From a virus (Duplodnaviria; Caudoviricetes), in the IMG/VR virus record IMGVR_UViG_3300025018_000048, positions 1 to 41,986 of that record: 41,986 nucleotides of DNA, one strand, 5' to 3'. Numbering within the stretch: position 1 is the stretch's first letter; each line of letters opens with the position of its first letter. The translations under genes were made by a program, and so were the position numbers. Below are positions 18,161 to 27,441 of this stretch, piece by piece. Below the pieces are notes generated by a model, which ran no database searches, had not been told where the DNA came from, and saw nothing but the letters and a program-made list of their open reading frames with translations.

Positions 18161-19198
18161 ATGTCCAAGACCACGTTCGACAAGTTCGATGGCGGCCTGT
18201 TGCTGGCGCGCCCATCGAGCGTGGCGCCGGCCAATTCTCTGGCCAAGCTGATCAACATGGATGTGCAGCCCGGCGGCTGGCTGCGCTCGAGGGCCAAGTT
18301 CAAACAGGCGCCGGGATCGTTCATCCTGGGACCGCAGTGGAAGGGTCTGGAGTCGAACGCGGGATATTTGTGGACCTTCTCGTGCTGGAACGTGGCCAGC
18401 ACTGGTCTGGTCAGTGCAGTCGTGAACACCGAGACGAATGACCGGCTGGTCTACGCCTTCTATTCGAGCGGCACCGGTGGCAACTTCGCCGACGCCACAA
18501 CGGCCCGGCTGCTGGGCGTCACCCGCTGGAACAACGGCTTCTTGGCGGTGGTATCGCCCGACAATGGGACCACGAAATATGGCGTGCTGTTCAGTGTGAA
18601 CACAGGCACCCACACGGTTACGGGGGTGAACGTCGCCGATGTGAACATGCCCAAGTCTGGCCAGATGGTGACGGCCACCGGGCGCATCTTCGCAGTCTCG
18701 GACGATGGGCAGGCAGTTCGGTATTGCAAGGTCGGCGATCCGACCGACTGGACCGCAGCAAGCAATGCCGGGTTCCTGCCAGTCTCGCAGCACTTCGGCA
18801 GCGGGCAGCGGGTCTACGGCCTTGGCCTGTATCAGGGAAAGCTGGCCGTGTTCACCGATCAGTCGATTCAGCTGTGGATCATCGACCCAGACCCGACGGC
18901 GATGGCGCTGGACCGGGTTGTTGACGGTGTCGGCACGCGTCACCATGGATCCATCGTGAGCCTGTATGGTGATCTGCTTTTCCTCTCCGAGTCGGGCGTG
19001 CGTTCGCTCACGACGCTGAGCAACGCGTTGTTTCCGACTGATGTTGATGTGGGTTTGCCGATCAAGAAGTTCACGGCCTCGCCAGTGAACCTCACGCGTA
19101 CCGCCAATGGTGGATCGCAACCGGCTGTGATTGCCCTTGCAGCAGGACCGGTGTCCCAATACTGGCTTACCGCGCCTTCGCGCTGGGTGTCAGGATAG
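18161..19198 (+). CDS. Tail nozzle/tubular protein B, N-terminal part
   Basis: FDKFDGGL start; YCKVGDPTDW, GKLAVF, DLLFLSESGVRSL beta-propeller-like blades. Confidence 0.75.
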   Translation: MSKTTFDKFDGGLLLARPSSVAPANSLAKLINMDVQPGGWLRSRAKFKQAPGSFILGPQWKGLESNAGYLWTFSCWNVASTGLVSAVVNTETNDRLVYAFYSSGTGGNFADATTARLLGVTRWNNGFLAVVSPDNGTTKYGVLFSVNTGTHTVTGVNVADVNMPKSGQMVTATGRIFAVSDDGQAVRYCKVGDPTDWTAASNAGFLPVSQHFGSGQRVYGLGLYQGKLAVFTDQSIQLWIIDPDPTAMALDRVVDGVGTRHHGSIVSLYGDLLFLSESGVRSLTTLSNALFPTDVDVGLPIKKFTASPVNLTRTANGGSQPAVIALAAGPVSQYWLTAPSRWVSG

Positions 19199-19202
19199 CG
19201 GC

Positions 19203-19814
19203 ATGGCATTCGGTTCTGCAACCTTTTCGACCAGGCCATTTGCAGCCGGACAAATCCCGAACCGGCAGACCCTGCTGGCCGCGATCAACGGTGAATATGG
19301 GTGGACGGCTTGGACGTATTCCAAGACCGCCAAACTCAACGCCTGGGCATGGCACGGCCTCGGCGTCACTGGCACGGCCAACATCAACGCGTGGGCGCAG
19401 CTGGGCAATTCAATCTATCTGCGCAAGGATGGCGACTCGGCCGTCTATCTGATGATGCCCGACGTGTTCCTTCAGGCCGAGGACATCAACACCGAGAGCC
19501 TGGCGGTCTACGCTGAGACGCAATGGCTTGATTTCGACAAGCCCGGCGATTTGAAGGGTCTTACCGGCATCGACTTCGACGGCATGAACGTGACAACGCT
19601 CGAGGTTTATGTTTCCGAGAACGGCGGGCGCGATGGCGTGTTGGCCGAGACGCTAACGGTTGGATCTGCCGATGGTGGTTGGACCTACAGCGGCGGCATG
19701 CTGCCGCTGACGGCCGCCGGCACCGAGTTCAAGCTGCGTTTTGTCGGGAATCCAAACCTCGAGGTTCAGATCAACAGGATGACGATCTACTGGGACAACC
19801 TGGGCCAGGTGTAG
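19203..19814 (+). CDS. Tail nozzle/tubular protein B, C-terminal part as separate ORF
   Basis: TYSKTAKLNAWAW...ETQWLDFDKPGDLK...FKLRF resembles nozzle C-termini; ATG 4 nt after the upstream TAG. Confidence 0.65.
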   Translation: MAFGSATFSTRPFAAGQIPNRQTLLAAINGEYGWTAWTYSKTAKLNAWAWHGLGVTGTANINAWAQLGNSIYLRKDGDSAVYLMMPDVFLQAEDINTESLAVYAETQWLDFDKPGDLKGLTGIDFDGMNVTTLEVYVSENGGRDGVLAETLTVGSADGGWTYSGGMLPLTAAGTEFKLRFVGNPNLEVQINRMTIYWDNLGQV

Positions 19815-19817
19815 GCC

Positions 19818-20234
19818 ATGCGCGCTGTGTTCCTCAATTCCAGAGAGCTGATCGACCAGCACTGGTGGTCCGTGGCACATCTGCTCGATGGCCGGATCGA
19901 CCAGGTATCGGACGAATACACGCTGCAGGACCTGGCCGCTATGGTGGAAGCTGGCACCGCGTTTGCAGGCTTTGCGCTGGACGATGAAGGCGCGCCGGTG
20001 CTGGCCATGGTGTTTCGCTTCGTGCACTATCCGCGCGCGCAGACGGTGCACATCATGGCCATGGGCGGCAGTCATCTTGCCGAAGTCGCAGTCACTTTCT
20101 GGCGGCAGTTCACCCAATGGGCGAAAGAATCAGGCGCAACACGAATCGAAGCGTGTGCGCTGCCGGCGATGACGCGGGTGCTGCGCTCCCTTGGATTCGA
20201 GCACAGGTACAACCATTTGCGAATCGAGGTGTGA
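19818..20234 (+). CDS. GNAT-like protein of the podovirus tail/ejection block
   Basis: VHIMAMGG...WAKESGATRIEA...RVLRSLGF; typical position. Confidence 0.65.
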   Translation: MRAVFLNSRELIDQHWWSVAHLLDGRIDQVSDEYTLQDLAAMVEAGTAFAGFALDDEGAPVLAMVFRFVHYPRAQTVHIMAMGGSHLAEVAVTFWRQFTQWAKESGATRIEACALPAMTRVLRSLGFEHRYNHLRIEV

Positions 20235-20235
20235 C

Positions 20236-21084
20236 ATGGGCGGTGGCGGAGACGGCGGTGCGGCTGACCTGCGGGCAGAAGAGCAGGCGCGCCAGCGCAA
20301 GATTCAGATGGCCGTCGACGCGATCAACGGCAAGTTCGGCATCGCGCCGTCGAGCGCAACCGTTGGCGCGGCGCCCACGCGCGAGCAGTTCACTACGGCG
20401 GCCACTGGCGGCACGCCTGGTGGATATGTCGACGTCGGGCGCGAAGAACGTCGCTATGTGGCTCCGGTTGCGGCAACGGCAGGCGGGTTCGACCAGGCCG
20501 GGTTCGATGCGGCGATGAAGGCGTTCGAGGGCACCCAGAGCGATGTGACTGCCAACAAGGCCGCCCGGGATGCTCTGTACAAGGATGTCGGCAGTGCAAC
20601 GACTGACGTTGCGACGCGAGACCTCGATCGCCAGTTCACGACGGCCAGCAACCAGAATCTGTTTGGCCTGGCGCGCGCTGGTTTGTTGGGTGGTTCGGTT
20701 GACGCTGAATCAGGCGGCGACCTGCAAACGCGCTACGGCGAGGGCAAGATTCGGGCGGAGCAGGCCGGCATCGGGGCCGCATCCGATCTGCGCTCCGTCG
20801 ACGAGAAGACCCGCCAGAACCTGATCAGCTTGGCGCAGTCCGGCATCGACACCGGCACCGCGGCGAGCTTGGCTGCAGGGCAGTCAGAGGCCGCAGCATC
20901 GACCGCCAAGGCCAACACTGCCGGGGCGTCCGTCGGGCGGCTGTTCGATGACATGGGCCAGGCGTATCTGGCCAGCAAAGTCAACGCGGCACGCTTTCCC
21001 AATGGCGTGCCACAGTCCTCGAGTGGCAGCAGCTTCTTCGGCAACCTGTTCACCGGCAAGCGGTATACCGGAACGGCGGGGTAA
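20236..21084 (+). CDS. Internal virion (ejection) protein 1
   Basis: MGGGGDGG start, Ala/Gly/Gln-rich, FGLARAGLLGGS; GAGGTG RBS. Confidence 0.7.
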   Translation: MGGGGDGGAADLRAEEQARQRKIQMAVDAINGKFGIAPSSATVGAAPTREQFTTAATGGTPGGYVDVGREERRYVAPVAATAGGFDQAGFDAAMKAFEGTQSDVTANKAARDALYKDVGSATTDVATRDLDRQFTTASNQNLFGLARAGLLGGSVDAESGGDLQTRYGEGKIRAEQAGIGAASDLRSVDEKTRQNLISLAQSGIDTGTAASLAAGQSEAAASTAKANTAGASVGRLFDDMGQAYLASKVNAARFPNGVPQSSSGSSFFGNLFTGKRYTGTAG

Positions 21085-21090
21085 CACACC

Positions 21091-21753
21091 ATGGCATTTG
21101 ATCCGATCAGCATTGGGGCAATGCTCCTGAGCGCAGTCATCCAGCAAAAGACGCAGGCCGACGCGATCGCCAAGCAAAAGCGCATGGCGGTCGAGTCGCA
21201 GCAGCGCGCCCTGGCCAGTCAGAACCAGGCCACCGACGCGGCGATGAAGCGCGTGCAGGAGTTCGACCCGAACACCCGCAAACAAGCGCAGGATGCGATC
21301 ACGCAGGACCTGACGCAGCAGCTCGAGCAGGCGGGCACAGCCAGGCCGATCACGGCCCAAGGCGTCGAGGTTGGCGGCACCATCCCGGGCGGCACCAGCG
21401 ACTACCTGACGGCCAAGGCGAAAGAGACTGCCAAAGCGGCCGAGTCAAGCCGGCAGCTCGCGCAGCTATTCGGGCGCATCGGTGGCGCGCAGCAGCTGCG
21501 CCGCAACGAATCCGTGGCTTTTGGCGACACGGCTGGCGAGATCGGCCGCATCCAGACCGGTGCGAACAACGTGGCGAACATCGACCAGATCGGCATCGAC
21601 GCGGCTGGACAACCGAGCCTGGGCGGCATGCTGGTCAGTTCCGCGCTGGGTGCGTACGGCATGGGCCGGGCGAGCCTGCCGGGCGCGACCAAGATGAAGC
21701 CCGGGGCGCCCGGTGGCTTCGGTGGCGGTAGCTGGCTGGTTGGCCCGCAATAG
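21091..21753 (+). CDS. Internal virion (ejection) protein 2
   Basis: MAFDPISIGAML start, helical Ala/Gln-rich, Gly-rich hydrophobic C-terminus. Confidence 0.7.
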   Translation: MAFDPISIGAMLLSAVIQQKTQADAIAKQKRMAVESQQRALASQNQATDAAMKRVQEFDPNTRKQAQDAITQDLTQQLEQAGTARPITAQGVEVGGTIPGGTSDYLTAKAKETAKAAESSRQLAQLFGRIGGAQQLRRNESVAFGDTAGEIGRIQTGANNVANIDQIGIDAAGQPSLGGMLVSSALGAYGMGRASLPGATKMKPGAPGGFGGGSWLVGPQ

Positions 21754-21761
21754 GGGGACGC

Positions 21762-22976
21762 ATGCGGTTTCGAGTACCAAACACAGGCGGACAAGCGGCG
21801 GCAGACGGCATCGGGAATTTCTTCCGCTCGATGGCCATGGCGCCGATGTACGAAGCGCAGGCAGCAGAGGAAGCGCAGACGGCAGGAATGAAGCGCGACC
21901 TGCTGGGTGCGCAGACCGGGCAGGCGAACGCGAACATCAGCCGCATCCTGGCCGAGGCCGCCATCAAGGAGCAGGAGGCCAAGCAACTCTCCGGGCGTGG
22001 TGATGTGCTCAACCTGATGGGCGCAACCCGGGCGGGCATGTCCGTTCCCGAGTTCCAGGCAGGTATCAACGAGCGCAAGTTCGGTGCGCCAGAGGTCGGG
22101 CCTGCGGTTCTCCCGCAACCCATTGCGGGTGTCGGTCCCAGCGGCAGGACGGCGGCATTCGATGACGCCATCCTTACACTGTTTGGCCCGGCCATGGCAA
22201 CGCCTGCGGACAAAACGAACTGGGACCAGTTGGCCAATGCCCGCGGCGAGTACCGCAATCAGGCGCTGGGCGACTCCATCCTGTCCGGCCAGGTCGACGC
22301 CGGCCGGGCGGGTGCATCGCAGGCGGCGGTGGCTGGGAAGCCTCTTGTGAACAACATCGGCACCAGTGGCGCGGGCTTCAACCAGTTCACCGGTGAAGGT
22401 CAGTCCCTGAACCCTGGCATGGAGGTTCTGTTTCGGGACCAGGGCAAGGCGCTTGTGGGCCAGAGGCAGGCGGCGGCCGGCGCGTCCAACGCATCGGCTG
22501 GGGCCTCTCGCGCGCTGGCCGGGCTTCGCGGCGTGCAGACCAACAACGCGAAGGTCGAGGGCGGACTCACCGCACTGGACTACGAAGCGGCCAAGGCCGG
22601 GCAACCGCTGCCGAGCTCGAACAAGGGCACCAGCGGCTCGAGCGCGACCAATTCGAAGTTCCGCAACCAGATCATCATGGCCGCCATGCGCCGGCCAGAG
22701 TTCGCGGTGATGGACCCCGCCGAGAAGCAGGATTTCATCAACACCGAATTGATGGTGGCCGGCATGGAGCCGGTGGTACCCGGTGAACTGGCCGGCGTGT
22801 CCGGCAAGGGCAAGGTGGCCGCCAAGTCCGAGTCTGGCCCGATTGACGCGAACGCCGGCACCAAGAAACCGGCGATCGACATGGACGCGGCCAACAAGGT
22901 GAAGGCCGACTTCAAGGCGGGCAGGATCACACGCGAACAGGCGAAGGCGAAGCTCAAAGCACTCGGGATGGACTGA
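21762..22976 (+). CDS. Ejection protein 3, paralog A
   Basis: AADGIGNFFRSMAMAP.Y.AQAAEEAQ is shared with 25900..27441. Confidence 0.7.
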   Translation: MRFRVPNTGGQAAADGIGNFFRSMAMAPMYEAQAAEEAQTAGMKRDLLGAQTGQANANISRILAEAAIKEQEAKQLSGRGDVLNLMGATRAGMSVPEFQAGINERKFGAPEVGPAVLPQPIAGVGPSGRTAAFDDAILTLFGPAMATPADKTNWDQLANARGEYRNQALGDSILSGQVDAGRAGASQAAVAGKPLVNNIGTSGAGFNQFTGEGQSLNPGMEVLFRDQGKALVGQRQAAAGASNASAGASRALAGLRGVQTNNAKVEGGLTALDYEAAKAGQPLPSSNKGTSGSSATNSKFRNQIIMAAMRRPEFAVMDPAEKQDFINTELMVAGMEPVVPGELAGVSGKGKVAAKSESGPIDANAGTKKPAIDMDAANKVKADFKAGRITREQAKAKLKALGMD

Positions 22977-23380
22977 TGAAGGCCGACGACTTTCTGGCCG
23001 ACGTTCCGAGCGCCGACGACTTCCTGGGCGAGCCCGACGCGCGCCGGCCGCGCCGCGATCGGATCAGGAATCCATACGTCGCGCCGGACAACCCGGACAA
23101 CCCGATCCTGCCCACTGGCGGGAGCGTGCTGCAGGACGTGCAGATGGCGGCGCCGACCTTCGACGAGGACCGGCAGAACCGCGCCATCGTGAACCAGGCC
23201 ATCGAGGCGAACACACCGGCCCCCCGCGGCCCGCGCCCGGTGCGCGACATCAAGGCGATCGGCCAGGACCTGTATTCGATCCTGGGCAATACCGGCGTGC
23301 AGCTGGTCAAGCCGTTCGTGGACGTGCCCAACATCGTTCTTGGCGGCGCGCTGTCCAACTTGTCGGCGGCCTGCAAATGA
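22976..23380 (+). CDS. Probable truncated N-terminus of a large ejection protein
   Basis: ADDFL repeat at the start and low-complexity sequence; ends abruptly at the rep2 start. Confidence 0.5.
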   Translation: MKADDFLADVPSADDFLGEPDARRPRRDRIRNPYVAPDNPDNPILPTGGSVLQDVQMAAPTFDEDRQNRAIVNQAIEANTPAPRGPRPVRDIKAIGQDLYSILGNTGVQLVKPFVDVPNIVLGGALSNLSAACK

Positions 23381-24135
23381 GCGTGCGTACCATGGCCAGG
23401 GTCTGGGCGGACTCGAAGCACTCAGGCACCGAACTGCTGATGTTGCTGGCGATCGCAGATTTTGCTGACGACGACGGCCGCGCCTATCCCGCGGTTACGA
23501 CCTTGGCCGAGAAATGCCGCATGAAGCCGCGAAATGCGAACTACGTCTTGGCAGCGTTGAAGGCCAGCGGCGAGCTTGAAATACTGGTCAACGAAGGGCC
23601 CAAGGGCACGAACCTCTACCGGGTGATGCTGGATCGTTTGGGGCTGCAAGCCGTTGCACCCCTGCAAAGCCTTGCACCCCTGCAACACATTGCGCCCACC
23701 CCTGCAAAGGATTGCGCGAAACCCCTGCAACGCATTGCAGACGAACCATCATTGAACCATCAAGAACCACCAGATACGTCGACAGCCAAGCTGCCGACAT
23801 GTCCGCACCGTGCAATCGTTGACCTGTACCACGAGCTCTTGCCAATGCTACCGAGCGTTCGAATGATGCCGAAGGCCCGCAAGAACGCTATGTCTTCGAC
23901 CTGGGCTTGGGTCTTGACCGACAAGCGAATGGACGGTTCCGCACGCGCGACCAACGCTGACGAGGCGCTTGAATGGTTCCGGGCCTACTTCACCCGTGCC
24001 AGAGACAACGACTTTCTGATGGGCCGTGTCGCTCGATCGGCCGGCCACAAGAATTGGCGGTGCGACCTGGACTTCCTGCTGTCGGACAAGGGCAAGAAAC
24101 ACGTCATCGAAAAAACTGAGGAAGCATTGGCATGA
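23377..24135 (+). CDS. Replication initiator 2 (N-terminal winged HTH)
   Basis: LLMLLAIADFADDDGRAYPAVTTLAEKC HTH, internal iterons, C-terminal CPH...W...YF...WRCDLDF domain like rep1; coupled to DnaB. Confidence 0.85.
   Translation: MSVRTMARVWADSKHSGTELLMLLAIADFADDDGRAYPAVTTLAEKCRMKPRNANYVLAALKASGELEILVNEGPKGTNLYRVMLDRLGLQAVAPLQSLAPLQHIAPTPAKDCAKPLQRIADEPSLNHQEPPDTSTAKLPTCPHRAIVDLYHELLPMLPSVRMMPKARKNAMSSTWAWVLTDKRMDGSARATNADEALEWFRAYFTRARDNDFLMGRVARSAGHKNWRCDLDFLLSDKGKKHVIEKTEEALA
23645..23739. repeat. Five iteron-like palindromes TGCAA-N4-TTGC(A/G), putative second origin
   Basis: Starts at 23645, 23663, 23681, 23703, 23726; the last four are preceded by CCCC. Confidence 0.8.
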
Positions 24136-25571
24136 ACGCTCGCGCCGAATTCTCACCTGGTATCGATCGGGTCATGGACGATGCGCCGGTCAGCGCGCTG
24201 CGGATCCCGCCGAACTCCGCCGAGGCGGAATCGAGCGTGCTTGGCGGGTTGCTGCTGAACCCCGGTGCCTGGGATCGCGTTGCCGACCTGCTGACCGACG
24301 CCGATTTCTACCGCTACGAGCACCGGCTGATCTACGGTGCGCTCGCTGTGCTGGCTGCGGCGAACCGGGCTGCCGACGTCGTGACGGTGTTCGAATACCT
24401 CAAGGACCGCGGCAAGGACGACGAGGCCGGCGGGCTGATGTACCTGAACTCGCTGGCGCAGTACGTGCCGAGCTCGGCCAACTTGCGTCGCTATGCCGAG
24501 ATCGTTCGGGAGAAGGCGGTATTGCGCCGACTGGTGGTGGCAAGCGACGAGATCGCAACGGCCGCTTTCAACACCGGCGGCAAGCCGGTGGCCGAGATTG
24601 TCGACGAGTGCGAGCAGCGTATCTTCGGGATCGGCCAGGCCGCGCAGCGCGCCAGGGATGACTGGGTCGAGAGTAGCGACAGCATGGTCGCGCTGCTGGA
24701 TCGGATCCAGTCGGCCGCCGATGACGATCAGGACGACCTCATGCCAACAGGCCTGCACGAGGTCGACAAGTTGCTCAACGGGGGGCTTCGGCCCGGCCAA
24801 CTGGTGGTGATCGGTGCGCGCCCGAGCATGGGAAAAACTGCGCTGGCCATGTCGATCGGCATGCACATGGCGTTGAGCGAAGGCCTTGCAGTTGCGATGT
24901 TCAGCATGGAGATGACAGAGCGGGAGCTGGCCGAACGGCAAATGTCCATGGTGTCGCACATCCACCTGACGCGGGTGCAGCGGCCAAAGTACCTCAAGGA
25001 CTACGACTGGCCCCGGGTTACCGAGGCTGTCGAGAAAATCCGCCAGATCAGTTTCTCCGTGACCGATACGTCTGGCCTGAACATCACGCAACTGCGCAGC
25101 CGGGCTCGGTCGATCGCGCGCAAGAACGCGGTCAAGTTGCTGATCGTGGACTACCTGGGGTTGATGAACGGGTCGGACCCGAAGATGCCTCGCGTGTACC
25201 AGCTCGAGGAAGTGACCAAGGGCCTGAAAGCGCTGGCCAAGGAGTTGGGATGCGCGGTGATGCTGCTGTGCCAGGTCAAGCGACTGGAGGACCGCATCAA
25301 CCAGATGCCGACCATGGCGGACTTGCGTGATAGCGGCTCGATCGAACAGGACGCAGACATCATCGTTTTCGTGCATCGCCCGTACAAGGCCAAGCCAACG
25401 CTGGGCGACGAGTGGAAGTACCTGGCCGAGTTGCGCGTAGACAAGAACCGCAACGGGACCACCGGTGACGCGCAGGTGATGTACGTGGGCGAGAACACGC
25501 GGTTCAAGGACTGGCCGGCTGGCCAGGCCAGGCCCACGAGCCAAGTGCGTACGAAAGGGGCGGTCCTGTGA
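24132..25571 (+). CDS. dnaB: Replicative DNA helicase DnaB
   Basis: PPNSAEAESSVLGGLL, GARPSMGKT, FSMEM, IVDYL, DLRDSGSIEQDAD, KNRNG. Confidence 0.95.
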   Translation: MNARAEFSPGIDRVMDDAPVSALRIPPNSAEAESSVLGGLLLNPGAWDRVADLLTDADFYRYEHRLIYGALAVLAAANRAADVVTVFEYLKDRGKDDEAGGLMYLNSLAQYVPSSANLRRYAEIVREKAVLRRLVVASDEIATAAFNTGGKPVAEIVDECEQRIFGIGQAAQRARDDWVESSDSMVALLDRIQSAADDDQDDLMPTGLHEVDKLLNGGLRPGQLVVIGARPSMGKTALAMSIGMHMALSEGLAVAMFSMEMTERELAERQMSMVSHIHLTRVQRPKYLKDYDWPRVTEAVEKIRQISFSVTDTSGLNITQLRSRARSIARKNAVKLLIVDYLGLMNGSDPKMPRVYQLEEVTKGLKALAKELGCAVMLLCQVKRLEDRINQMPTMADLRDSGSIEQDADIIVFVHRPYKAKPTLGDEWKYLAELRVDKNRNGTTGDAQVMYVGENTRFKDWPAGQARPTSQVRTKGAVL

Positions 25572-25903
25572 TCGATGAGCCAGTGACCGCTATTGCGACC
25601 GATGGCACCAACATCGAGGACAAGTTGTACGGCGGTTTACTCGAGTTCACGCCGCGCCCGATCGATGTCGAGTCCATCCCGATCGGTGCGGTTGTACGCA
25701 CACCGCTGGGGCAGCTGGCACGTGTCACCGGGTACCGTGGCCGGCGGCGCCAGCATCGAGAATATCTCGTGCTGCGCTACCTGACGCCGCGCAACCGTGA
25801 GTTCGCTGTGGTGTTGTTGCTGCCCGAACTGGTCGAGGTGGTTCGTTCGAACAACGAAGTTTGCAACCCCAAAGAAGGTGATTCAAGGAGTCAAGAGCCA
25901 TGA
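25568..25903 (+). CDS. Small hypothetical protein X, copy 2
   Basis: Core nearly identical to 7323..7574, with different termini; coupled to dnaB and to the ejection paralog. Confidence 0.75.
   Translation: MIDEPVTAIATDGTNIEDKLYGGLLEFTPRPIDVESIPIGAVVRTPLGQLARVTGYRGRRRQHREYLVLRYLTPRNREFAVVLLLPELVEVVRSNNEVCNPKEGDSRSQEP
25646..25843 (+). repeat. 198-bp diverged direct repeat, copy 2
   Basis: Aligns with 7368-7565; the longest identical run is about 32 bp (cgtgtcaccgggtaccgtggccggcggcgcca). Confidence 0.92.
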
Positions 25904-27441
25904 GATTCAAGCTACCAGTGAGCCATGTTGGTGCGCAGCAGGCGGCCGACGGCATCGGAAACTTCTTCCGGTCCATGGCAATGGCGCCGCTGTACCAGGC
26001 GCAGGCGGCCGAGGAGGCGCAAGGGGCGCAGGCCAAGCGCGACCTGATCGGTGCGCAGCAGCGTCAGGCCGAGGCCCATGCCGCGCTGTTCCAGGGCCAG
26101 GCCGAAAGCGAGCGGCAGCAGCAGCAACGCGGCAGCCTGGGCGAGCTGATCAAGACGGCCGCGATGATGCACGGCGTGGCACCCAGCCAAACGGCAGACT
26201 TTGCACAGTTCGCCCAGACAGGGCAGATGCCGGCGCAGTATCGGCCGCCAGCTGTCGACGGCGTCGGCCCGTTCCAGCCCGCCCCGAGGTTCTACCAAGA
26301 CGACACGGCGTCGAAGATCTGGAAATCGCTGGGGCTGACGAATCAGGCGCTCACGATCGGAGACAAGAGCGTCGAGAACATCGCCAAGGCGTCCGGTGTG
26401 TACCGCGATCAGGGCCTGGGCGATCAGGTGCTGGCCGGCCAGATCGACCCGGGCCGGGTGGCCGAGGCACAGGCGGCCATGGACGGCAAGGATCGATTCA
26501 AGAACATCGGCGACACCGGTCAAGGCTTCAATGTGTTCAGCGGTGCCGAGCAGGACCTGAGTCCCGGACTGGCCGTGCTTTTCGGGCGCAAGACAGATGC
26601 CGGGATCGGCGCGGATGATGCGCGCGCGCTTGCATCGCGGGCTGCGGCAGGTGCGTCCACAGCATCGGCAAGCAACAGCTACGCGGCAGCTGCGCAGCAC
26701 CGGGCATCGACCGACAAGATCCGGCAGGACATTGCCCAAGGCGGTCGAACCGGTCAATTGCAGGTTGTGCCAGCATTCGATGGCACGATCATGCTGGTCA
26801 ACAAGGCGACCGGTGAGGCGCGGCCTGCACTCGGACCGGGCGGCGTTCCGTTGCAAGGCAAGGGCCCGCCAATGAGGGCCTTGCCTTCGGCAGCGGCCAA
26901 GGGTCACCTGGACAACCTCACAAACCTGCGGCGTGCGGAGAACGCGCTGGCGCTCGTGCAGGGCAAGACCGTCGACGGGCAGGAGGGCGACCCCAATGCA
27001 ACCGGATGGAAGGGCTTTCTGCCGAACACCGCGCTGAACATCCTGGACGAATCGGGTGTGCCGACGCGTGCAGCGATCGCGGATCTCGGATCACTGGTGA
27101 TTCACGATCGATCGGGCGCCGCGGTTACGGCAGCAGAGTTTCCGCGATTGGCTCCGTTCATCCCTCGGGCGACCGATGATCCGGCGACGGTGCAGAAGAA
27201 GCTGCAGATGTTCGTGTCGAACTACCGGGCCGCCGTTGACGAGGCGAGCGAGTTCTACAGGGCATCCGGATACACCGTGCCGGAGCTTGGCAATCGCGCG
27301 CCGGCGGCCCAAACCGGCGGGGCTGGCACTGGCCAGATGGCTGCGCCGCCGTCCGGGCCAAGACCTGGCGCAATTCAGGACGGCTACCGCTTCAAGGGCG
27401 GCGACCCGTCGCAGGCCGTCAACTGGGAGCAGGTCAAATGA
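25900..27441 (+). CDS. Ejection protein 3, paralog B
   Basis: Two blocks homologous to 21762..22976; different C-terminus ending GYRFKGGDPSQAVNW. Confidence 0.72.
   Translation: MRFKLPVSHVGAQQAADGIGNFFRSMAMAPLYQAQAAEEAQGAQAKRDLIGAQQRQAEAHAALFQGQAESERQQQQRGSLGELIKTAAMMHGVAPSQTADFAQFAQTGQMPAQYRPPAVDGVGPFQPAPRFYQDDTASKIWKSLGLTNQALTIGDKSVENIAKASGVYRDQGLGDQVLAGQIDPGRVAEAQAAMDGKDRFKNIGDTGQGFNVFSGAEQDLSPGLAVLFGRKTDAGIGADDARALASRAAAGASTASASNSYAAAAQHRASTDKIRQDIAQGGRTGQLQVVPAFDGTIMLVNKATGEARPALGPGGVPLQGKGPPMRALPSAAAKGHLDNLTNLRRAENALALVQGKTVDGQEGDPNATGWKGFLPNTALNILDESGVPTRAAIADLGSLVIHDRSGAAVTAAEFPRLAPFIPRATDDPATVQKKLQMFVSNYRAAVDEASEFYRASGYTVPELGNRAPAAQTGGAGTGQMAAPPSGPRPGAIQDGYRFKGGDPSQAVNWEQVK

Noticed and set aside
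23645-23739. CRISPR array
   Set aside because: Units are 14-bp palindromes 18-23 bp apart inside a rep ORF, with no spacer-length unique sequences and no cas genes.
7368-25843. Diversity-generating retroelement TR/VR pair
   Set aside because: No reverse transcriptase ORF was seen. The differences are synonymous and involve all bases, not adenine-specific.
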